NCBI GenBank assembly: GCA_009914755.4
Contig: CP086569.2
Coordinates: 4,352,001 to 4,416,000 of the forward strand
Length of the DNA stretch: 64,000 nucleotides
DNA from: the human T2T-CHM13v2.0 reference genome, Homo sapiens
Direction of reading: 5' to 3'
This document shows positions 1 through 11,029 of this stretch, piece after piece (position 1 is the first letter of the stretch; every line of letters starts with the position of its first letter). The position numbers and the translations under genes are program-made. The notes beneath the pieces are model-generated. The model saw nothing but the letters and a program-made list of their open reading frames with translations. It had not been told where the DNA came from and ran no database searches.

Positions 1-2094
1 TGAATATAAAAGATATAGTCATAAATTTAATTCATCATTAAGAGTAGTAAAGTAGAAAGCTAATTGTTACTCAAATTGGTTTTTAAATGAATAGATTCCC
101 AGACACTATGATCATTTTCATGGTGTAGAAGTTACCAATGCCAAAAGTTATCTACTTATCATTTAAAAGTAGAATGTATAAAGAGGAGACTTTATCACGC
201 TTAAACCAAAAAAGAGATTCAATTATTGCAAGTTTGCATATGAGAATTATTAAGACAATTCAAGTAGCTTGCATGAACAATGCTAGAGATTTGGGAGGCC
301 TAAAGATTAAAAGCTTCCCGGGAAACAAGAATAAAAGTGACGACATTGGCTGTGTTCTATTTTCAGATTCTAAAATTCATTACATTTGTAGAATGATCAT
401 AGAACAATCAAAAGTCCATAAAATACTGTGAGTATGCCCCATAACTTTGAGAACTCATTTCTGGACAATTATTTATTCTATCCAACTTGTATTCTTTTTT
501 CAGCTTTGGTCTGCTTGTAAAACTCACAAATGGCAATGGGACCATGCTAGTGCAATCACAAAGAGAAGCCCTGCCAATCATCCACTTTCCTACTCTCCAT
601 AAGCAGAGACTCTGTGCAGAAATTCCAGCACGCAGAAGCAGAGGTCAGTCTGGGCTGTTTATAAATATGTATCTTGTAATCACTAAATATAAAGGGGCGA
701 TGTTTTGAAGTTTTCGCCAGAGGAACCAGCAGCATTTCTGGATAACATTTTTCACCAGAGTGTGCAACTATTAATCGGTTCGTATAAAATAAAAAACAGA
801 AATTGGAGGAAGCAGGAATATGATAAAAGGAAAGGGAGTGAGAGACAAAGGGTAATATGATACAGTAAATAATTTTTGATGTCTTAAATACTCATTCTGC
901 CCAAATAAATTGTGTCTAAAGTGGTGGTTCAATCAAGCAAGTTGGGTTAAACCATCTAAAACATCAACAACATTAGTAGCAAAGATGACACTTGTTTATA
1001 ACCATGATGTGGATATAGATGCTGTGTTTTGTGTTTATGGTTAAACAGGAAAGTAGGAAAGTACGTGTAATGAGTCTGAAGCCCCTACTTTTACTAAAAG
1101 CTCTTACCATTTTTTTTCTCTCATAAGACAGACACTTACAATGAAAAATGTACACATTTCAATAGTCTTTCTTAGATAATTAAAGGTGACTTTTAAAGAT
1201 ATAAAATATATTTTAGGGTGTTAAATCTGCTGAGAGATTGCTAACGCAATAGAAAGAAATACTGTTCCTGAGATTCTGTTCTCAGAAGATGAAGAGCTTT
1301 AAGTGAACTTTTCAGTTGTTTTTACTCTGAGGGATTCTCCTCCTCAGTATGATTAATGCTTTCCACACTTGAGTAGAAATTCTCTTGGATGAAGCCTTTG
1401 ATAACTATCGTTTGTAAACTTTCGTAAACTTGCCATGCACAAAATGGAATATGGGTTATCTAACTTGAATTGAGAATCCTTGTGAGCATGCCAATTGCTT
1501 CCTTTTCTCCAGAACAAAATGATATTTGTGTCATCATAGAAAAATATATTCTGAAGAAACTGTGTTTCTGGACTATATAAAGCACTACAATTAATACATA
1601 ACATACAAACAAGCCACAGGCTCCAAATAAAGAAACAACTCTTTCTGATGGCTATATGTTCAAAAACAAAGCTCTTATTATTGGAAACAAATAATTGGGT
1701 CATGGTGAAGTCAATTCAATATTTCAGGCATGTTATCATTTACAAAGAGATTAATGTTTACCAGTATAAGAAATGGATATAGAAAATCAATTTCTGTGGA
1801 ATAGTAGGAATGATAAGGAGTCTGGGGAAAAGAAATATTTAGTCTACAAAACAAATAAATTTAAAAAGTGATTCCAATCTTTAAATACAGTGATATCGGC
1901 AGTATTTGTAAAATTCAGATGTTGAAAAAGTGGGAAAGATAGGAGATGTACCCACTGAACACACCAAAAAGCAAATTCATTTGCACCAAAAGAGCAATCT
2001 CTAATTTAAATATGTATCTTAACCTTCCAAACAACTCCCTTGCAGATTAACCTTTCAAAAAACTCCCGTATGTATACACTAACTACTTGTTAGT

Positions 2095-2262
2095 TAAATT
2101 GCTTAACCTCTTTGCACTTCAATTTGCTCACCTGTGAAATGTAGGCAACAATAGTGTCCATATCATAATGTTACTGTGATGGTAAAGTGAGGTAATGCAT
2201 ACAAGAAGGTTAGTGCCTTAAACAAGTTAAATACTTGATACACATCAATTATTATTTTGTAC
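2095..2262 (+). mobile_element. MIR (mammalian-wide interspersed repeat) fragment inside arm A
   Basis: Resembles the MIR core and 3' region: 'cttaacctct-tgcacttcaatttgctcacctgtgaaatg...gtgaggtaatgcatacaag...agtgccttaaaca...caattattatt'. Compare consensus 'acttaacctctctgtgcctcagtttcctcatctgtaaaatgggg...gtgaggattaaatgag...cagtgcctggcaca...ctattattatt'. Confidence 0.5.
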
Positions 2263-2480
2263 AGGATGGGGTTATTGTTAAAAAGGGTATGTGAAAAGAA
2301 AATAGCATGCCTCAAAATAAAATCATATTAAATAGTAGAACATTTCATTTTATGCATGATGAGCTGACATGTTAATATAGAAAAATATCTTGCCTAGTTT
2401 GATTTTTATATAAGCTCAAAGTTATTCTAAATTTGCATAGTTTCTGTTTTTTGCTATGTAATCCTTAAAAATTAGTTAAA
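2095..2480 (+). repeat. Arm A of a large inverted repeat (partner at 3511-3892); includes a MIR-like segment plus ~200 bp of non-MIR flank
   Basis: The reverse complement of 3511-3892 aligns by eye along the whole arm at roughly 90% identity. For example, 'aaaatagcatgcctcaaaataaaatcatattaaatagtagaacatttcattttatgcatgatgagctgacatgttaatatag' here matches revcomp 'ctatattagcatgtcaactcatcatgcataaaatgaaacgttctactatttaatatgattttactttgaggcatgctatttt'. Confidence 0.8.
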
Positions 2481-3510
2481 AATTGCAATTGTTATTCTGA
2501 ATGGTTAAAGCTTAATATACTTAGATTGTCCATCTGTCTGATTTATCAGTATTAGATTTATCAATGATATTAGATTGTCAATATTCTGAATGATTTTAGG
2601 AATATCAAATACATTAAACATAATAACTACATTATAGTAATATCATCTTTTTTTGATAACCATCTTAAGTAATTTTGTGCCCCCTCTAATTCCAAAGATT
2701 AATTTTAGTAGATAGTAAGTGAGGAATGCCAGAATAGTTTACAGAGAGATCAGATTTTCTTAATTATGTATTTTTAGCTTTCTTATCTGGAATAAGTACT
2801 ATTTAAATACTATGATAAAGGAATGGACATAAATATTTTACCTTTTAAATCAGAGTCTCTTCATCTATGCATTTTCTTCAATTGCAATTAAATCCTGAAT
2901 CAAAAACAGAAATAAATTTTGAGCTACTCATTTGGGGAATTAAGAGACTGAAGAAAATCTCCATTAATCAGAGGTATAAGAAGTTCATGTCTTAAGTCAA
3001 ATATACAAAGTCAAAACCATGACTACCTGGCAGCCTCACTTCAAAAATTCTGATCCTACCCCCAAACGTGTCTGTTCCATCTGTCTAGTCAAATGTGAAA
3101 ACGATTATCTGAAGAAAAAAAGGCTGTTTCATAATTCCATACTCTTAGTACTATCAAGTTATTAGAAATATTTTAAGGAGACTAAAAGTTTTCATAAAAT
3201 TGCTTCAATTTGCTTTTTCATTTCGTAAAATGAGACAAATGTCACCACCAACAGCTGACCATATATACTTGAAATGGGAAATTAACTCCAAAGTGTAGAC
3301 TTAATTATTTGTGGCATTCTTTTATTTATGAGCTGCAGAGTAGACACCCTGTTATGTACATTGAAAAAATATTTGAACCAAAAAATAAGAAAAAGACAGG
3401 TAAAAATACACAAACATAAATTAGTTGTCTGCATATCTAAAGCTCTCCTAGCTGAAAATCTACCTTGCATTCAACTTTTGTATCATCTACTAAAAAGCCA
3501 GTATGTTTTC

Positions 3511-3892
3511 TTTAAACTACTTTTTAAGGATTACATAGCAAAAAATAAAAATTGTGCAAATTTAGAATAACTTTGAGCTTATATAAAAATCAAACTAGGT
3601 AAGGTCTTTTTCTATATTAGCATGTCAACTCATCATGCATAAAATGAAACGTTCTACTATTTAATATGATTTTACTTTGAGGCATGCTATTTTCTTTTCA
3701 CATACACTTTTTAACAATAACCCTATCCTGTACAAAATAATAGTTGATATGTGTCAAGGACTTACCTTGTTTAAGGCACTAACCTTTTTGTTTGTATTAC
3801 TTCACTTCACCTTTAGCAAAGTTATGATATAGACGCTAATGTTACCTGCCTTTCACAGGTGAGCAAATTGAAGTGCAATTGGTTATTTAATT
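3511..3892 (-). repeat. Arm B of the inverted repeat (partner 2095-2480)
   Basis: Reverse-complement match to 2095-2480 across ~385 bp, including 'gcaaattgaagtgcaa...cacaggtgagc' at the far end. The spacer between the arms is about 1030 bp. Confidence 0.8.
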
Positions 3893-4581
3893 ATATGAAA
3901 TATATTAGATATTCTTCCTGGTCAGTTCGTTAAAGTACAAGAAGCATTTATTCATAGGTTGAATAAATAGCTGTCGCTAGGTATAATTTGATAGATAAAT
4001 TCTATCAAATGTATCACGCATTCTAATTTGTCTGCAGTAAAGTCTGAAATTTCATTGAAATCGCATTGCAGGGTTAAAGAGTATAATTTCCAGGATGTGC
4101 TGTACTTGTCAAAATCCAAATAGTAACCAGGGAGCTATCACAGCATGAGTTTGTTTGTTAAATGACAAATTGGTGTCTAAGCACTGAATGACTAAAACTT
4201 TCTAAAACTTTGGTTTTATGCATTTTAATTGAGGTCGAGGTGTGGGAAAAAAAAATCTGGATCCTGGGTATCTGCCAAAGGCCAAAAAAAAAAAAAGACT
4301 TCAACATGGGTAATACAAAATCTAGAACAAATAGGAACAGCATTCATTTCAGGAATTTCTGCAGGTGTGTTTGAATTCTTATATACTTAAATATTTGTAA
4401 ACAACAAAGTATAAATTTGGCAGCTACTTCACCACTTCAACCATTATGTCTATGTAAATGTCTTGAAAAGCATGGGTCAGAACTAAAAGCATTAGTTACT
4501 TCAATTTGGAAAAGTTGTCTCAGACTTTCGGGTAACAAACTAAGTTCATTATATTTCTTTTATAAACACAGGCATGGATGG

Positions 4582-4620
4582 ACACACACACACACACACA
4601 CACACAAACACTCACACAAA
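4582..4620. repeat. (AC)n microsatellite with a degenerate tail
   Basis: 'acacacacacacacacacacacacaaacactcacacaaa'. Confidence 0.95.
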
Positions 4621-5499
4621 ATTATCATACCTTAATCTACTATTTTTGTCCACACCACACTAAAGTTAAACTAAGTCAAAATCTTAGAATCATATTTTGC
4701 TATTTATTCTCCTTTATTCTCTATATCCAGTTGATATCGCTTTGATGACTGGAAGAACACCAGGGTTCTTGGTTTTGAGCCAATAGGATTAACGACACAG
4801 ATATATGTGGAGTGGTTTTAAGGAGCAAAAAGTTTAATAGGCCAGAAATAAGAAAGGAGAAAACAGCTTCTTCATATAGAGACAGAAGAAGGAGGGCTTG
4901 GAACAAAAAGGAACCTCATCTGTGGCAGAAAATTTGTTGGTTATATTGGGAGGCTGGAGGAGGCAGTGTCGGGTTTACATAGGGCCCAGGGGATTGGTTT
5001 GACTAGGTGTGTTATTTATGTAGCCAAAGAAAAACCTGGCCCTTCCACCTTACCTTTTTAATATGCAAATGTGGGTTGCCATGATGTTTTGAGCACATGG
5101 TGTTATTTGGAGGTGGCCATGACACTTGACACAGGTGGTGACAAGGAGAAGATGGTGGGAATCGGCATGTTGGGTAGACCCAGTTACCATTTGTTGGCAT
5201 TTGTATATTGAAGCTTGCTGGCTTGGCTTTCTAAGCCACGTTTCTGTTAGTTTTTACCAAAAACCTTTACCCTGTTTACTTGCCTAAAAATTATTTTTAA
5301 ATAACTTTTGTACTACAATCAAGTACAAACTTTTACTAATTCATCTTTTGTAACTTCTCATGAATCTGGCACTTTATCTTCATTTTAATTTTTACTGCTA
5401 TTATCAAGGCTGTTAGTGACAATTCCTAAACAATTGCTTACAGTCTGTCCCCATTCATCTACCAGCTGCCTCTGCCACCATCTTTCTAACATTACACTG

Positions 5500-5740
5500 C
5501 TAAAGGCCAGCATTTATTAGCACTAACTATACAGTGAGTGCTAGGCGAAAGGATCTACCAAGACCATTAACATTTAATTTTCACAATAGCCCTATGAGAT
5601 AAGAACTATTATCCTCAATATACTGATAAAACCCTGAGCCTTAAAAAAGGTGGAATGACACAGCTATAAATTGTGGAAACAAGATTTGAACCCAGGATGT
5701 TTAATTCCAGAATGATGTTATTGAGTTTGTTACACTGTTT
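5500..5740 (-). mobile_element. MIR SINE fragment (minus orientation)
   Basis: 'catttattagcactaactatacagtgagtgctagg...ccctatgagataagaactattatcctcaatatactgataaaaccctgagcc...gatttgaacccaggatg' parallels the reverse complement of the MIR consensus ('catttattgagcgcttactatgtgccaggcac...ccctatgaggtaggtactattattatccccattttacagatgaggaaactgaggc...gattcgaacccaggc'). Confidence 0.5.
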
Positions 5741-5814
5741 CACTGAACAATAATTTCAACATGTTAACACATGATCTGGAAATTGTCTATGACATCTCAT
5801 CACATATAGCTAAT

Positions 5815-5975
5815 AAAGAGCTAACATTCATTGAGTGCCGACTCCATGTTAAGTAATTTATGTGAATTATCTCATTTAAACTTTTCAATGGCCATATAAT
5901 TTACAATTATCTCCATTTTACAGAACAGGTAACAGATTGAGAGACTTGTGAATGCCACACTTTAATCTCATCTCC
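5815..5975 (-). mobile_element. Second MIR-like fragment (minus orientation)
   Basis: 'ctaacattcattgagtgccgactccatgttaagtaatttatgtgaattatctcatttaa...atctccattttacagaacagg' follows the MIR reverse-complement pattern. Confidence 0.45.
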
Positions 5976-7323
5976 TCCCCACCACCCTGAAATCACAAGC
6001 TTGAACTGCCATCCGGACCTGAGGCAACCTTTCCCTCATTAAGACTAAGTTTCTCCTGTGTGCAGAAATATGAAGGATGGAAGGAAAAGGAAGAGATATC
6101 CGGTACTATTGTAGTCATTTATCTGTGGATTGTCAATACTCTTGTGTCTAACATCAATCATTAATAACCTGTGTTTGGTAGGCATGAAAAGGCTGGCTGG
6201 GTTGTGTGAGTTCTTAGATGGACCTATAGCCAGAATAAGAACAGAAATGGTTTTCACAATCACCTTGACACTTCTTAAAAGCTATTGAATCTAACAACTA
6301 TTTATTTCTCCTGTTCTAATTTTTCTTATACAAATTGGGAAGACAGAATTTGGAGTCAATGGCAAGTGGTAGTATAGCAGGCTTGGTCAACTCTGAAGCC
6401 CTGAGAAATGTATTTAGCTCTCTTTATCGCAGTGGTTCTTAAAGGGTGTTTCTGGAACAGCATTATTAACATAACTTATAAACTTGTGGGAAATTCCAAC
6501 TCTCAGGCTTCTCTTCAGATGTACTGAATTAGGACCTAGAGGTGGGGCCAAGCAATGTGTATTTTGGCAGTCCCTGAAGGTGATTCTGACACACGATAAA
6601 GTTATAAAAACCACTGCTTTAGAATGTGAGATATTTAGCACCACTGTTTACTTCTGCTTTAGGTCTTATTTAATAATTTCTGGGCAATATAATAAGCCTA
6701 CAGTTTAGAAATCCATTTGTGTTCTGTTCTTTATCTTGACCATTCATTTTTTTGGAAATCAATACCTTGTATCTCAAATTTTCTCATGCTATAGTTACTG
6801 TAATTTATATTAAAAATACTGTATATAAAAATAAAAATGTTCACCATATTTCTCCTTTTCCAGAATATCAAATATATTGTTATTATCACTGATGTTGTTG
6901 AGAATATCCAAACGGTATTTTTAATAGTTTCATTAAAGAAATTAAAAAACAAAAGCAATTTAAGGGAATTGCTGAGACAAATAATTTGATTCTCATGATT
7001 CCTCCAGAGTGGAATAACTGATGTATAATATTGCTGTCTTCTAATTTCTTTTTCTTAGTTTGTGGGTCTCTTTGTGTGTGTTTCACAAGGCATATTCTCA
7101 GCTACAATAGCATTAAAATGTCATTAAAGAAACACGTATTTATGAATTATATGTTTTAATAACACAGTATTTTTAAATTTGTGGTTAATTTTATTGTTAT
7201 ATAGACAAAATTAAATATAGTTTTAAAATAAATTTATAAAAATTTTTATTCACTAAGACTAAATGAGTTAATTTAAGCTGCAGATTTATAAAAATAGATC
7301 TTTAATCTGTCCAATATAAACTG

Positions 7324-8078
7324 TTTTTTTTTTTTAAATTTTACTTTAAGTTCTGGGATACATGTGCAGAACATGCGGGTTTGTTACATAGGTATACACG
7401 TGCCTTGGTGGTTTGCTGCACCCATCAACCTGTAATCTACATTAGGTATTTCTCCTAATGCTCTCCCTCCCCTAACCCCCCAACCCCGACAGACCCTGGT
7501 GTGTGATGTTCCCCTCCCTGTGTCCATGTGTTCTGATTGTTCAACTCCCACTTACGAGTGAGAACATGAGGTGTTTGGTTTTCTGTTCCTGTGTCAGTTT
7601 GCTGAGAATCATGGTTTCCAGCTTCATCTGTGCTTCATCATGAGGACATAAACTCATCCTTTTTTATGGCTGCACAGTATTCCATGGTGTATATGTGCCG
7701 CATTTTCTTTATCCTGTCTATCATTGATGGGCATTTGGGTTGGTTCCAAGTCTTTGTTATTGTGAGCAGTGCTACAATAAACATACGTGTGCATGTATGT
7801 GTCTTTATAGTAGAAAGATTTTTAATCCTTTGGGTATATACCCAGTAATGGGATTGCTGGTTCAAGTGGTATTTCTGGTTCTAGATCCTTGAGGAATCGC
7901 CACACTGTCTTCCACAATGGTTGAACTAGTTTACAGTCCCACCAACAGTGTAAAAGTGTTCCTATTTCTCCACATTCTCTCCAGCATCTGTTGTTTCCTG
8001 ACTTTTTAATGATCACCATTCTAACTGGCATGAGATGGTATCTCATTGTGCTTCTGATCTGCATTTCTCTAATGACCA
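7324..8078 (-). mobile_element. 5'-truncated L1PA-like LINE-1 (minus strand): 3' UTR plus the C-terminal end of ORF2
   Basis: Poly-T at 7324-7335 is followed by 'aaattttactttaagttctgggatacatgtgcagaacatg', the reverse complement of the L1 3' end. Further in come '...ggtatatacccagtaatgggattgctgg...' and 'ctaactggcatgagatggtatctcattgtgcttctgatctgcatttctctaatgacc'. The minus-strand ORFs 7638-7865 and 7822-8097 translate to the L1 ORF2 C-terminus ('[29 protein letters not shown]...[11 protein letters not shown]' and 'KTWNQPKCPSMIDRIKKMRHIYTMEY'). A likely TSD is 'ataaactg' (7315-7322 and about 8081-8088). Confidence 0.92.
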
Positions 8079-9905
8079 TAAACTGGATTTTTACCATTGT
8101 ATTACAAAGTTAGTAATACTTACACATTTGGTTAATCTGATGGACTAATAATTCAGCTGCAATATATCAAATCTGTCAGTGCACTGATTATATCTCCCAT
8201 GGAAGATTTTTTTTATCTTTTGATTCAATGAAAGTTTCTTGTATGAAACCAAATTTCATACAGTTCTAAAAAATCCTTTAGAAATTCATCATTTTAGTTT
8301 TGTTTTCTAGGCTAAAGCAATTTACTGTCTACCATCATATGTCTATTTTTTTAAAAAAAATGCCTTTTCCTACAGAAAGAAGTTATAAAATTAAATAGAG
8401 GTGTAACAAGTAGGATTTTAAGATTACACATGGTTGTTTTGTGCTAGTTAAAAAGAAAAGAAGATATAATGCTTTTAACAAATGAGAACACTATGTATGT
8501 TTATACATATAATACATATTTAACATTGAGTTGTTAACTGGGAAAAAGGTTGTGGTATTAAGCATGAAAAAGAAGAGAGTTGGGAGGCATTTCAGGCATT
8601 GTGAAAGCATCTTTATTCACACTGTAGCCTTGTTACACACAGAACAGTGAGGATATGCTTTCATATAACTGGCTATATCTCCCTAATTGGCTATATAAAT
8701 TTCATTAATGTCATTGTTAACTTATAGAGTAGTAACACATAAAGGATCTTGAATGCTTTCAAATACTATGGATAATAAGAAAATAATTAAACTTGCCATT
8801 CCACTTTGTGTATTTGAGTATTATAATGTATGAATTAAGCTATGTGACTATTATGAAGTCACAGGCAAGCAGAAAGAAATGGTCTTGATCAGTGTCTAGT
8901 CAGTAGTCCTGGGGTAAACTGACCATACAACGCATGTATCTGCTTCCTGTGGTTTGTCTGGATTCAGGTGAAAGGTTTCCACCAGGGGATGCATCTGTAG
9001 TCTGTCAAACTATGTAGATAGATATGGTAAACTGATCTGACCACATTCTACAACTAACTACAGATTAGTTTACTTGCCGTTGGTACACTTGGTCGTATAA
9101 CTCAGCCACTTACTCAGCCTAATCCTAAAGTGATACCTTCCTGTGAATTGGAGAACTGTATTTTCAAATAAAGCTTCACATAGCAAACATTTCATAAAGA
9201 TCAATTCACCTTGAGACAACTAAAATGTTCTGTCTACTTCAGCTCATTCTAGATGTCATTTCTCTCACAAACATCTCTGACCTACCCTTACTTCCATTTA
9301 TTTGCTTCTTTCATTTCTATTCATTAGTTTCTTACAAACCTGCCTGCAGAGATTGTTCTGTCTGAGATTTTTCGAAACCCCTAAGTAATAATCAATTCAT
9401 GTAATAGAGAAGTTGAAACTTTCTGTGATAGTCTTAATGACTTCTTTATGGTGAAAAATATTTAAAGAAATTATCCTGAAAAGAAACATTTGCTAAGGAA
9501 TTTATCTTTCTTTTCAATTTACCTCTCAAATGCAAAATCATGATAGGATGAAATAGTAATACATGTGAAAAAAAATTTTTTTCTGAATAAGAAAAGCCCC
9601 TCTGGCATTATTTCTGCAGGGACTAATAGACCCACCTATAGCTTTATGTAGATGAAACACAGTTAGTTGGGTGGTCAGTGCATCTCCACAGTGGAATGAG
9701 AAAGACTCAATAGGTCTTTTTCATCTCTACTTCTAGATTCTCTGATCAAATATCAATACTTAACAATTTTAACCAGTTATATTTAAAAAACAGAAAAGTA
9801 CACATAAGAAAGAGAAATAAAAACATAAATAAAATATGTAGGAAGCAATATGTACTCAGACTAAAAGTTCTGAATAAATTGTAGGAGATGGTATATCTTT
9901 TATTT

Positions 9906-10617
9906 TTAATTTTTTATTATTATACTTTAAGTTCTGGGGTACATGTGCACAACGTGTAAGGTTTGTTACATAGGTATATATATGCCATGTTGGTTTGCTG
10001 CACCTATCAACTGGTCACCTACATAAGGTATTTCTCCTAATGCTATCCCTCCCCCAGCCTCCCACCCCTCAACAGGCCCCAGTGTGTGATGTTCTCCTTC
10101 CTGTGTCCATGATCTCATTGTTCAATTCCCACTTATGAGTGAGAACATGTGGTATTTGGCTTTCTCTTCTTGTGTTACTTTGCTGAGAATGATGGTTTCC
10201 AGTTTTATTCATGTCTCTGCAAAGGACATGAACTCATCCTTTTATGTGGCTGCATAGTATTCCATGGTGTATATGTGCCACATTTTCTTTATCCAGTCTA
10301 TCATTGACGGGCATTTGGGATGGTTCCAAGACTTTGCTATTGTGAACAGTGCTACAATATACATACATGTGCATGTGTCTTTATAGTAGAAAGATTTTTA
10401 ATCCTTTGGGTATATACCCAGTAATGGGATTGCTGGGTCAAATGATATTTCTAGTTCTAGATCCTTGAGGAGTTGCCACACTGTCTTCAACAAAGGTTGA
10501 ACTAATTTACACTCCCACCAACAGTATAAAAGCGTTCCTATTTCTCCACATCCTCTCCAGCATCTGTTGTTTACTGACTTTTTAATTTTTGCCATTCTAA
10601 CTGGCGTGAGATGGTAT
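9906..10617 (-). mobile_element. 5'-truncated L1PA-like LINE-1 3' end (minus strand)
   Basis: 'ttattattatactttaagttctggggtacatgtgcacaacgtg...ggtatatacccagtaatgggattgctgggtcaaatg...ctaactggcgtgagatggtat'. The minus-strand ORF 10398-10595 is the L1 ORF2 C-terminus ('[27 protein letters not shown]...[11 protein letters not shown]'). The flanking 15-mer 'gagatggtatatctt' occurs at 9888-9902 and 10606-10620. Confidence 0.92.
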
Positions 10618-10761
10618 ATCTTAAGGCCTTAACCCTAAATCATAACTTCCTAAACAGAAACTGCATATAAAGAGCTGTTTTTCTTACTAGTGGTACAGTT
10701 TTATCAGATGCTTTTTATTAAGTAGATTATATTATTCTACTTAATAAATACAGATAAGTGG

Positions 10762-10905
10762 AAACATATGAAAAAAATGCTCAACACCATTAGTTATTAG
10801 GGAAATGCAAATTAAAAACACAATGCACTACACAAATATAAGAATAGCAACAAAACAAACAAACAAACCTGACAAGATCAAATTCTGTTGAGGATGCAGA
10901 GCAAA
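10762..10905 (+). mobile_element. Ancient L1 (L1M-type) ORF2 3' segment, isolated fragment
   Basis: 'catatgaaaaaaatgctcaacaccattagttattagggaaatgcaaattaaaaacacaatg' corresponds to the conserved L1 ORF2 'KHMKKCSTSLIIREMQIKTTM' region. It is a diverged second copy of the segment at 12413-12550. Confidence 0.6.
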
Positions 10906-11029
10906 AGGCTTATAGAAAATTTTAATAACATAACTAGACATAGCTGCTTCCAAATTTAAAATATGATTAGAACTTTTTGTTATTTAATTTGAGCAGAAGA
11001 TGAAAATTTACACAGATTAAGCTTTCACT

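Noticed and set aside
368-433. Candidate 60-nt micro-exon: a polypyrimidine tract plus AG acceptor ('gtgttctattttcag|att') at about 367 and a 'gtgagt' donor at 428-433, in frame with ORF 138-431
   Set aside because: Such motif pairs occur by chance in AT-rich DNA. There is no conservation or expression evidence and no recognisable protein similarity. I did not call it as a feature. RNA-seq or EST mapping would be needed.
1353-1703. 116-aa minus-strand ORF in unique sequence
   Set aside because: It has no recognisable domain, lies in an AT-rich context and has no Kozak-like start. An ORF of this length is expected by chance in 64 kb across six frames.
4240-4300. Poly-A runs ('gggaaaaaaaaatctgg', 'ccaaaaaaaaaaaaagac') that could mark a processed-pseudogene or SINE tail
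   Set aside because: There is no upstream SINE body or coding similarity to anchor them. I treat them as simple A-runs.
7324-10617. Possible segmental duplication, as the two L1 3' fragments look nearly identical
   Set aside because: Similarity is confined to L1 sequence. The flanks and TSDs differ ('ataaactg' versus 'gagatggtatatctt'), so these are two independent insertions.
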